From Pirellulales bacterium (lineage in GTDB: Bacteria > Planctomycetota > Planctomycetia > Pirellulales > UBA1268), in NCBI GenBank assembly GCA_049695995.1, contig JBAVTF010000115.1, forward strand, positions 1,669 through 65,668: a stretch of 64,000 bases of DNA. The letters run 5' to 3'. A program made the position numbers and the translations under genes. Of this stretch, positions 48,355 through 56,191 are shown one piece after another. Position 1 is the first letter of the stretch; each line of letters begins with the position of its first letter. The notes under the pieces are model-generated. The model saw only the letters and a program-made list of their open reading frames with translations, was not told where the DNA came from and ran no database searches.

Positions 48355-49152
48355 TCAGGAGCCGATGTCGCCGAGCGCGCGGGCCATCCTCTGAATCCAG
48401 GACGGTTTCTTCCCGACCACGAGCCGTTGGCGGCTCACCGAGAAGCCGGCTGGCAGTCCCCGGCCGCGGCTGAGGCTGGCGGCGCAGTTGGCCGTGAGTA
48501 CGCCGCGGCTCGTGCTCTCGCCGAAGACCACGGCATTGTGGTCGAGCACGTAGAGCCGCTGGTCGGCGGGCAGTGTCCGGGCGAGCAGCAGCGTATCCAT
48601 CTCCTTCGCCGACTCGATCACCTCGGGAAAGCCCATGAAGAGATCCCGCAGCACCCGCACCCGCAGGAACTGATGGAGCCAGATCTGGGCATAGGAGGTG
48701 CGGCGGAGGAACGTCTGCCGGCCGATCCGCAGCTGCTCCGGCGAAACGTGTGCCGGATCGAAGAGCTTGCGGGTTCGGGCGAAGGACAGCCCGCAGATGC
48801 CTGGATCGGTGACGCTCCGCACCGCCTGCACCACGCCGTCGGCCGCCTGCCGGTCGAGCCACATCACGTATTTGTCGTCGATACACCAATAGACCCAGGC
48901 GTCGTCGGCGAGCCCCTCGAGGAGACCCAGCACCGCGGCCCGGAATCGGCCCCGCCCTTCCCCCTCGGCCGTTGGCACGAGTTCCACGCCGCCTGGGTGT
49001 CGCGGTGCCATCTCGCGGGCAGCTGCGCCATCGGGAAGACGAAACACGAACGGATGGTCGGGCCACACCGCGGCATAGCGGTCGATCATGTGCTCGGCGA
49101 GCGGCACGTACTTCTGGCACGTGAGCACGATGGCCGGGATGACGGGGTGCAT
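48355..49152 (-). CDS. Hypothetical protein (last gene of the glycan locus)
   Basis: The ATG is at 49152 (MHPVIPAIVLTCQKY...), giving 265 aa. I recognised no family. Its stop is convergent with sulfotransferase 2. Confidence 0.4.
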   Translation of the reverse strand: MHPVIPAIVLTCQKYVPLAEHMIDRYAAVWPDHPFVFRLPDGAAAREMAPRHPGGVELVPTAEGEGRGRFRAAVLGLLEGLADDAWVYWCIDDKYVMWLDRQAADGVVQAVRSVTDPGICGLSFARTRKLFDPAHVSPEQLRIGRQTFLRRTSYAQIWLHQFLRVRVLRDLFMGFPEVIESAKEMDTLLLARTLPADQRLYVLDHNAVVFGESTSRGVLTANCAASLSRGRGLPAGFSVSRQRLVVGKKPSWIQRMARALGDIGS

Positions 49153-49374
49153 GTGTGGAAGAACCTGTGTGGGCCGGAGACGACGAACGGTAGGGAGTTT
49201 GGGCGGCCGGTGCAGGGCCAGTCGCACCGCAAGCCGCCGCGGGATCCGAACCGTTTCCTCACGCGATCCGTACATCACCCTAACGGCCGTGGGGCAGACT
49301 GCGCAGGCCCTGCGTTGCGGCAGGGCACCCCGGCCGAGGGGCAACGGAGGTCCCGGAACATCCGGGAAGGACCC

Positions 49375-49662
49375 ATGGATCGCGAAAACTTGCGGGTGCT
49401 CTGCGAACGGTTCGCCGGCCGCCGGGGGCAGATCATGACCGGCCGCGTGAGCGTGGAGGTACGCGAGCCCACCACCGACCCGGTGCCGGAGATCATCCGC
49501 AGCTTCCGCCTTGCCGAAATCTCCGAGTCGGAGAAGAACGCGCTCCTCGCGCTTGTCTGCGACCTCGACGACGGGGAGGATGTGTGCGCCGAGACGGCCT
49601 GCATCCGCGACCCCTACGCCGACGAGCGTGACGCCGAGAGCGACGACGACGAACTTGGCTGA
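49375..49662 (+). CDS. Small acidic protein, hypothetical
   Basis: An SD-like GGAAGG lies 4 nt before ATG 49375. The 95-aa product has an acidic C-terminus (DPYADERDAESDDDELG). Its stop overlaps the candidate TTG start of the nuclease gene. Confidence 0.35.
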   Translation: MDRENLRVLCERFAGRRGQIMTGRVSVEVREPTTDPVPEIIRSFRLAEISESEKNALLALVCDLDDGEDVCAETACIRDPYADERDAESDDDELG

Positions 49663-50230
49663 CCCGTTCCGGGGCCGGAAGCCCTTCCGGCTACCGCCGC
49701 CTCCCCGTGGCCTGCCGAAGCGGCTCCGGCCCTGGTATGCCGTGGCCGCCGCGATTGTCTCGCTGGTGGCGAGCATCGTCGTGCCGATGTGCCCGCTGCA
49801 CGACTCGGCCGGCCGACCCGTCTGGCGGGTCGAAGCGGTGCACGACGGCGACACGGTCACGTGCATTGATCCCGAGGGGCGATCGCACAAGATCCGCCTG
49901 CAAGGCATCGACGCCCCCGAATTCCGACAGCCCTACGGCGACTGGTCGCGGGAACAGTTGCGGGCCAAGGTGGCGGGCCGTCCGGTGCGGGTGGAGGGAG
50001 ACGCGATCGACCAGCATGGCCGGCTGCTCGGCACGCTCTGGATCGACGAGCGGAATCTCAACCGCGAGCTCGTCGCGGAGGGGGCGGCCTGGGTCTTCGG
50101 TGGTTTCTCGCCCGACGAGGATCTCGTCGCAGCCGAGGAGACCGCCCGCCGCGGCCGTCTGGGGCTTTGGGCGGAGCCTCATCCGACCGAGCCCGCCGAA
50201 TGGCGGCGGCTGCACCCGCCCCACCGCTGA
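49655..50230 (+). CDS. Thermonuclease (staphylococcal nuclease, SNase-like), membrane-anchored or secreted
   Basis: The SNase motifs are VHDGDTV, IRLQGIDAPE and NRELVAEGAAW, with GLWA further on. An N-terminal Arg-rich segment and a TM segment (YAVAAAIVSLVASIVV) are present. The start is uncertain, with TTG 49655 or GTG 49742. Confidence 0.7.
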   Translation: MADPFRGRKPFRLPPPPRGLPKRLRPWYAVAAAIVSLVASIVVPMCPLHDSAGRPVWRVEAVHDGDTVTCIDPEGRSHKIRLQGIDAPEFRQPYGDWSREQLRAKVAGRPVRVEGDAIDQHGRLLGTLWIDERNLNRELVAEGAAWVFGGFSPDEDLVAAEETARRGRLGLWAEPHPTEPAEWRRLHPPHR

Positions 50231-50292
50231 ACGCTCCGGTTTCTCGCGAGGCTCCACTTTCAGGGTTCGCCCCTGTCGTTTAGGGTCTCCAT

Positions 50293-51585
50293 ATGGAGAG
50301 CCCGCGCGACATCGTCATTACCGGGGTTGGGGTCGTCAGCCCGATCGGCATCGGTGTCGAACCCTTCTGGGCGGCGCTCGCCGCTGGCGAGAGTGGCATC
50401 CGGCCCATCAGCCTGTTCGACGCCAGTTCGCTGAAGGTGCGGTTCGGCGGTCAGATCGCGGACTTCGAGCCGAAGCTGTTCGTGCGGCCGCGGAAGAGCC
50501 TGAAGGTGATGAGCCGCGAGATTCAGCTCGGGTTTGCGGCGGCCGACCTGGCGATTGCCGACGCGGCGATCCCCGCGGCGGGCGTGGCACCGGAGCGGTT
50601 TGGCGTCGTGTTCGGCGGCGACATGATCTACGCGGATCTCGAGGATCTGGAGACGGCCTATCGGCGGGCCGCCGTCACCGGCAGCTTCGACTTCCCGCGC
50701 TGGGCCGAGGCAATCCACGAGGAGGTGCATCCACTCTGGCTGCTCAAGCACCTGCCCAACATGACGGCGTCACATATCGCCATCGCCCACGATGCCCGCG
50801 GACCGAACAACTCGATCGTCCTGGGCGACGTGTCGAGCCTGCTGGCCGTCGCCGAGGCGGCGAGCATGATCCAGCGCGGCTGGGCCGATGCGATGCTCGC
50901 CGGTGGCACCGGCTGCCGGCTCCACCCGACCGCGCTTGTCGCCCGTGGTGATGTGTTGCTCTCCCACCGGGCCGACGACTGCCGCCGGGCAGCACGCCCC
51001 TTCGACCGCGACCGCGACGGCATGGTCAACGGTGAGGGGGCCGCCGTGCTCGTGCTGGAATCGCGCGAACACGCCGAGCGGCGCGGAGCCCGCATTCGGG
51101 GCCGCATCCTGGCCACGGCCTCACGGTGTGAGCCGGCCCTGCGCCGCGGACTGTCAGGCCGTTCGCTCGTGCAGGCGATCACGTCGGCCTGCCGCGGGGC
51201 GGGCCTCGCTCCCGGTGACGTCGGCCACGTCAACGCCCATGGCGTCGGCACGATCGACATGGATCGGATCGAGGCCCAGGCGATCCAGACGGCACTGGGC
51301 GATGTGCCGGTGACGGCGCCAAAGTCGGCCTTCGGCCACATGGGGGCCGGTGGCGGTGCCGTGGAGCTGGCTGCGAGCGTGCTGGGTCTCGAGCGAGGGC
51401 TCGTGCCGCCAACGCTCAACTACGAGCATCCCGACCCGGCCTGCCCGGTGAACGTGGTGCATGGCGGGCCGCTGGCGGGGAGGCCATCCACAGCCGTCGC
51501 GATCAACCTCTGCTCGACCGGTCAGGCAGCGGCCGTCGTGATTGCCGGTCACCACGAGCCGAGGAAGCCGAACGACAGGCCCTGA
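50293..51585 (+). CDS. Beta-ketoacyl synthase family protein (FabF-like) lacking the active-site cysteine (Asp179)
   Basis: The KAS II pattern runs the full length (VITGVGVVSPIG, NAHGVGT, KSAFGHMGAGGG). In a gap-free hand alignment with E. coli FabF, [13 protein letters not shown] aligns with GPNNSIVLGDVSS. Confidence 0.85.
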   Translation: MESPRDIVITGVGVVSPIGIGVEPFWAALAAGESGIRPISLFDASSLKVRFGGQIADFEPKLFVRPRKSLKVMSREIQLGFAAADLAIADAAIPAAGVAPERFGVVFGGDMIYADLEDLETAYRRAAVTGSFDFPRWAEAIHEEVHPLWLLKHLPNMTASHIAIAHDARGPNNSIVLGDVSSLLAVAEAASMIQRGWADAMLAGGTGCRLHPTALVARGDVLLSHRADDCRRAARPFDRDRDGMVNGEGAAVLVLESREHAERRGARIRGRILATASRCEPALRRGLSGRSLVQAITSACRGAGLAPGDVGHVNAHGVGTIDMDRIEAQAIQTALGDVPVTAPKSAFGHMGAGGGAVELAASVLGLERGLVPPTLNYEHPDPACPVNVVHGGPLAGRPSTAVAINLCSTGQAAAVVIAGHHEPRKPNDRP

Positions 51586-52988
51586 TAGAAGGTCTGGCCG
51601 CCGGCGTCGATGTCCTCGAACTGGCGGTTGTTGAGGCTGAACTGCCTGGTGGCCGTGGCCATGCCACCCACCCAGAGGAAGTCATAGCCGGCCTGGAGCG
51701 AGAAGTTCGGCGTGATGTTCCAGCCGAGTAGGATCGTCAGGTCGCCGAGGAACCCGGCCCCCGTCTGCGACCCGCTCTCCATCGTGTCGGTCACCCCACG
51801 CGGCTCGATCGTGGGATCGGTGTTGATGCCGGTTCCCTGCTGATGCGTGCTGGCGAAGTTGATCGCCGGGGCGACGCGGCCGCGGAGGCCCCAGTAGAAG
51901 AACTCGTTCTGGCTGATCAACTCGGTGCCGAAGTTCATGCCGAGCAGCCAGTTCGTGGCGGTGATGTCATAGACGCCGCCAAACTCGGCCGGGGGCGTGG
52001 GGGGCGGATTGAGCTGGGAGCTCTGCATGTTCCAGAACTCGTTGATGTGTGCGAGACGGAGACCCACGATCAGCCCGGGCAGGAAGCCACGCTCGGCGTG
52101 TCGCGTCCAATCCCCGCCGGGCGACATGATCATCTGATCGCGGCCGAGACGACGGCGAATCCTGTAGTTGAATTCCCAGCTGTTGAAGTCGGACTTCAGC
52201 GATGTCGTGTAGCGATCGCCGCCGTTGAAGCCCGGAGCGGTGTAATTGAGAGGTGTGACCAGCACGCCGTCCTTCTCGGCGTTCCAGCCGTCGTTGGCTG
52301 CCCACTGCATGCCGCCGTAGTAGATGAATTCGAGGGCCCGGTCGCGGCCGACGTCGTCGGGACCGAGTGACCGGCCCAACGTAATCCGGGCTCCCGGGGC
52401 GAGGTCAAACGGCTGGCCGTAGGCCGTGTAGTTAATCGTTTTGCGACCGGGTGCCACCACGTCGACGTCCTGCACCACGACTTCGTTGTTGTTGCGGCTG
52501 CGGTCCATCCACATCGACTCGACGCCGGCATACCAGCCTCCGCTCCAGAACCAGCGGCCGGAGCTGGCCTCGAACGGCATCTCGTCGAGCGAGAAGTCGT
52601 CGATCCGCAGGGCGTCGGCCGCCCGCGGTGATACCTCCACCAACTCCGCCGGCGGCGCGGCCACCGGCACGTCGGACAGAATGCTCCCGGGCACCGGGGC
52701 GGGCGCTGGCAGCGGCTGCGATGGCACCGCAGCGTCACTGACTTGCTCTTCCAGTAGGAACGGCCCACCGGAGACCACGCCCTCGTCCTCCGCCAGCACC
52801 AGCGGGGGCAGGGCTTCCTGGGCCTGGAGCGCGAGCAGTGGTCCGCACCAGACCACGACAGCGAGGCGAGCCGCGAGGCGGAATGTGGTGCGTCGGTTCA
52901 CGGTGACTCGCCGATGACTATGGGAACGGATGGGGAGCGGCCCTCCGACCGCTCCAACCCGCACCTTCATCGTCATCCATACGACCAC
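51549..52988 (-). CDS. Putative outer-membrane beta-barrel protein
   Basis: A signal-like N-terminus (LAARLAVVVWCGPLLALQAQ) is present. The second half has alternating beta-strand character. The C-terminus is GLSFGFLGSW, with an aromatic terminal residue. The start is uncertain. Confidence 0.55.
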   Translation of the reverse strand: MVVWMTMKVRVGAVGGPLPIRSHSHRRVTVNRRTTFRLAARLAVVVWCGPLLALQAQEALPPLVLAEDEGVVSGGPFLLEEQVSDAAVPSQPLPAPAPVPGSILSDVPVAAPPAELVEVSPRAADALRIDDFSLDEMPFEASSGRWFWSGGWYAGVESMWMDRSRNNNEVVVQDVDVVAPGRKTINYTAYGQPFDLAPGARITLGRSLGPDDVGRDRALEFIYYGGMQWAANDGWNAEKDGVLVTPLNYTAPGFNGGDRYTTSLKSDFNSWEFNYRIRRRLGRDQMIMSPGGDWTRHAERGFLPGLIVGLRLAHINEFWNMQSSQLNPPPTPPAEFGGVYDITATNWLLGMNFGTELISQNEFFYWGLRGRVAPAINFASTHQQGTGINTDPTIEPRGVTDTMESGSQTGAGFLGDLTILLGWNITPNFSLQAGYDFLWVGGMATATRQFSLNNRQFEDIDAGGQTFYQGLSFGFLGSW

Positions 52989-53168
52989 TCCCGCAGGAAT
53001 TTCCGGCAGTAAGGCCCGGCCTTGCCCAGATTGCCGACGGTGGCGTGGTCAGCACTGCGTGCATGCTCGGCATAGTTGCGACAAACCGACACCGTGGGGG
53101 GATGGGTCGATTCCGCAGCCCGGGCAGTCGAAGACAAGCGTACGGAACGGGCGTTCCGGGAGATCGTG

Positions 53169-53438
53169 ATGCTTCCCAAAAGTCACCACCTGCTGCTGGC
53201 CGGACTGCTGCTCTTTTTCGTGGGCGTGCAGTTCCGAGTCGTCGAGTCGTTTACGCTCAACGAGCGGTCAAGCCGGTTCGTCGCCACCCAGATGGGAAAT
53301 GGCGGCCCCCAGCAGGCCTTGTGGCAAAACGCTCCGCTGCGAAAGGTCGTGCAGCCGCCGCGGTGGCTGGGATTGGCGCTGATGAGCGCTGGCGCCGTGC
53401 TCACGTTCAAGAGCGTGAGCATGTTCCGGAGCGAGTGA
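53169..53438 (+). CDS. Small membrane protein, hypothetical
   Basis: This 89-aa ORF starts at ATG 53169 and has two TM segments (LLLAGLLLFFVGV and WLGLALMSAGAVL). Confidence 0.4.
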   Translation: MLPKSHHLLLAGLLLFFVGVQFRVVESFTLNERSSRFVATQMGNGGPQQALWQNAPLRKVVQPPRWLGLALMSAGAVLTFKSVSMFRSE

Positions 53439-53443
53439 CAGGC

Positions 53444-54178
53444 CTACGCGGCTTCGACGCCCGGGCTTTCGCCGAAGTAGTACTTCTTCGCGTCGGGATT
53501 GGTGAGCACTTCCTGGGCGGTGCCGTGGCAGAGCACCTTGCCCGCGCGGATCACGTAGCTACGGTCGGTGATCGCGAGCGTCTCCCGCTCGCGGTGGTCG
53601 GTGATCAGGATCGAGATGCCACCATCCCGCAGGCTCATGATGATCTTCTGGATCGAGTGGATCGTCACCGGGTCGATCCCGGTAAACGGCTCGTCCAGCA
53701 GAATGATTCGCGGCTCTGTCACGAGGCAGCGGGCGATCTCCAGCCGCCGCTTCTCACCACCCGAAATGTAGTGAGCCTTCGAGCGGCGGATCTTCACGAT
53801 GTCGAACTGCTCGAGCAGTTCCTCGCACCGCCGCCGCCGCTCCTTCGAGGCCATGCCCACGAGCTCCATGATCGCCAGCAGGTTCTGCTCGACGGTGAGC
53901 TTGCGGAACACGCTCTGTTCCTGGGCGAGGTAGCCCATGCCGCCGTCGCGTGCCCGCTTGAACATCGGCCAGTCTGTGATCACCTCGTCGTTGAGGAGCA
54001 CGCGACCCGAGTCGGGGATCACCATGCCGCAGGTCATGCGGAAGCTCGTCGTCTTGCCGGCGCCGTTGGGCCCCAAAAGGCCCACGATCTCGCCGGTCTC
54101 AACGTGGAAATCGACCCCGTCGACGACGCGACGGCGACCGTAGTTCTTGACGAGCCCTTCGACCGAAAGCAGTGGCAT
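53444..54178 (-). CDS. lptB: LPS export ABC transporter ATP-binding protein LptB
   Basis: Walker A is GPNGAGKTT. The signature motif is ISGGEKRRLEIAR. Walker B is IILLDEP, and the H-loop is ITDH. The LptB-type C-terminus is NPDAKKYYFGE. Confidence 0.9.
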   Translation of the reverse strand: MPLLSVEGLVKNYGRRRVVDGVDFHVETGEIVGLLGPNGAGKTTSFRMTCGMVIPDSGRVLLNDEVITDWPMFKRARDGGMGYLAQEQSVFRKLTVEQNLLAIMELVGMASKERRRRCEELLEQFDIVKIRRSKAHYISGGEKRRLEIARCLVTEPRIILLDEPFTGIDPVTIHSIQKIIMSLRDGGISILITDHRERETLAITDRSYVIRAGKVLCHGTAQEVLTNPDAKKYYFGESPGVEAA

Positions 54179-54221
54179 GCGATCCTCCGTGTCGCCGTGC
54201 GGCACGGAGGCCGGGGGCCGC

Positions 54222-55973
54222 TCACCGCACGAAGCCCATCCTCCCGAAGTTGGGCCATGAGGGCAATCGCACTTCCAGGCCGCCAATTCGCAGCGGAATG
54301 CTCCAGGGTGCCGGGATGGCATGGGGCCAGAAGATCGCCACCGCCCGGCCGATGATGAGCCGGCGGTCGACGTGGTGGAGTCGCTCCCAGGCCCGGCTGT
54401 CCTTGCTGGCCGACGAGTTGTCTCCCAGCATGAAATACTGCCCTGCCTCGAGCGGGAACCCGAGGTATTCCTCTTCCGGCGTGCGTCCCGCCATGGCCGA
54501 TGCCGCTCCGGACGCGATGTAGTACACGTCGCGCAGGATCCGCAGCTGGCTCACGGTCACGTCGGCGCCCGTGGCCGTGATGCCTGCGGGGGAGAGATCA
54601 CCCGGTTCGGGATCGCGCGGCGTGCCGGATCGCAAGACCGGCCGCGTCTCGAATGCATCGGGCAGCGACCGGGTCCAGCCGGTCGGGCCGGTGAAGGCCA
54701 CGGCCTTGCCATCGATGAACAGCCGCAGCTCATCGTCGACGTTCGTGAGCAGCATCCGCCAGCGGCCGCGGCCGCGCACCGGTGTGGCGCCAGAGACAGG
54801 CTCGAGCGGTGGTCCGCTCCCGGGGACCGCCCCGGGCACGAGCGTGGCTTGGCCATCGGCAAGGTCGATCGTGCACGTGTGCCGCACGCCGGCCTCGACC
54901 AGGTCGATCGTCACCGTACCAGTGCCGGCACGGCTCTCGAGCGTGCACTCCACCGCGAGGTCGCCCACCCACCGCGGCCCGAGCGACTCGGCGTTGTACG
55001 GCTGGAAGTCACCGATCAACAGCGGTTTGGCCCGCTCGCTGACCGCCTTGCCCTGCTTTACATCCCGCCAGGTGTCGAACGATGGGATCAGATGCCGGTA
55101 CCGCAGCGTTGCCGAACTACCGGCCTTACACGCAACGGTAAACGAGCGGCCCGCGTCGGCCGTGGACCAACGGCAGGGGGCGTCCGCCGCAGCGGTCCAG
55201 TCGGTCCAGGCCTGCGGCCAGCCGGCCTTCTGCAACTCGGGCGACACGTGCCGCGAGTCATGCACGAGCTGGAGCATCGCCAGAAGCGCAGCGTCGGGCT
55301 TGCGGGCGATCACGGGATCGGCGTCGCCGTGGCTTGTCCAGATGTCGCCCGCCGAGATGAAGACGTTCTCGCCCGGCAGACCGACGAGCCGCTTGATGTA
55401 ATTGGTCTTAGCATCCTCGGGATACTTGAACACGACCACGTCCCACCGCTTGGGCTCGGCGAAGTCGTAGGCCAGCTTGTCCACCAGGATGCGGTCACCG
55501 CTGAACGACGGATACCGCGGGTCGTAGCGGCGGGCGTCGTCGGGGCCAACCGTCAGCGACATGAGATTGCCGCAGTTGGGACAGCGGGCCCGCGATACGA
55601 GCTTGTCGGCGAGGTTCCGCCGGAGGGAGGCGATCCGGACCGGGTCGCGGTTGTCGCTTTCGAGCAGGGCGAGCTCCGCCCGCTTCCGCTGCGAGTCGTC
55701 GTCTTCCTCGGCGCTGCAGCCCACGCGGAAGTCGCGGCCGCAGGCATCGCAGACGAGATCCTTGTGGCGGCCCATGAGCGTGGGGGCCATCGAGCCGGTC
55801 GGGATCACGAACGCCTCCGCCTCGAAGGCGCGGAACAGCAGGGCGAGCGTAAAGGCCACGACGATCGACTCGACCGTCTCGCGGCCCCAGCCGCGCGGAT
55901 CCTGCACGCGATCGCCGGCGCGATGCCCCTTCGGGAGCGACGCGTCGGCCTCCTGCTTCGCATCTGATTTCAT
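54222..55973 (-). CDS. lepB: Signal peptidase I with an inserted CxxC...CxxC zinc-ribbon-like segment
   Basis: Box B is IPTGSMAPTL, box D is YIKRLVGLPGE and box E is YFMLGDNSSASKDSR. CDACG and CPNCG lie between boxes B and C. Confidence 0.85.
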   Translation of the reverse strand: MKSDAKQEADASLPKGHRAGDRVQDPRGWGRETVESIVVAFTLALLFRAFEAEAFVIPTGSMAPTLMGRHKDLVCDACGRDFRVGCSAEEDDDSQRKRAELALLESDNRDPVRIASLRRNLADKLVSRARCPNCGNLMSLTVGPDDARRYDPRYPSFSGDRILVDKLAYDFAEPKRWDVVVFKYPEDAKTNYIKRLVGLPGENVFISAGDIWTSHGDADPVIARKPDAALLAMLQLVHDSRHVSPELQKAGWPQAWTDWTAAADAPCRWSTADAGRSFTVACKAGSSATLRYRHLIPSFDTWRDVKQGKAVSERAKPLLIGDFQPYNAESLGPRWVGDLAVECTLESRAGTGTVTIDLVEAGVRHTCTIDLADGQATLVPGAVPGSGPPLEPVSGATPVRGRGRWRMLLTNVDDELRLFIDGKAVAFTGPTGWTRSLPDAFETRPVLRSGTPRDPEPGDLSPAGITATGADVTVSQLRILRDVYYIASGAASAMAGRTPEEEYLGFPLEAGQYFMLGDNSSASKDSRAWERLHHVDRRLIIGRAVAIFWPHAIPAPWSIPLRIGGLEVRLPSWPNFGRMGFVR

Positions 55974-56058
55974 CGCAAACCTCCGGCCTTACGCCCGCGT
56001 GGAAAACAGAGCATACCCGCCTACTCCTTCGCAGATCGACGTCCTGTGGCGAAAGTAC

Positions 56059-56191
56059 GGGGCTGCCCCTGCCCCGTCGCCGGACGCTCGCTGCGGACAT
56101 CCTGTCCTTTGCTCTCTCGGATGCCGTCTTCGCTCCGCCATCCTGGCTGCGCTCGGCGGCATACGCCGGCTCCCGGGGCATGGGCAGCCCC
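56059..56191 (+). repeat. 133-nt hairpin-closed intergenic element, copy 1
   Basis: The 5' arm GGGGCTGCCCCTGCCCCG pairs with the 3' arm CGGGGCATGGGCAGCCCC. By hand alignment it is roughly 89% identical to copy 2. Confidence 0.9.

Noticed and set aside
54321-55967. A 548-aa plus-strand ORF.
   Set aside because: It is antisense to lepB, which has all the signal peptidase boxes. It is a shadow ORF.
55495-56181. ORFs on both strands that cross the three 133-nt elements and give similar peptides. One example is ...AYAA.R.QD..A.A.SERAK.RM..ASVRRRG..., seen also in 60306..60761 and 63384..63878. Another is ...RSLRTSC..L.RMP.SLRHP.C..., seen in 56046..56246, 60359..60685 and 63539..63928.
   Set aside because: The peptide similarity simply reflects the repeated DNA. 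There is no consistent start codon or SD. The reading frames are open on both strands, and the differences between copies show no third-codon-position bias that I can see. I interpret the repeat as non-coding.
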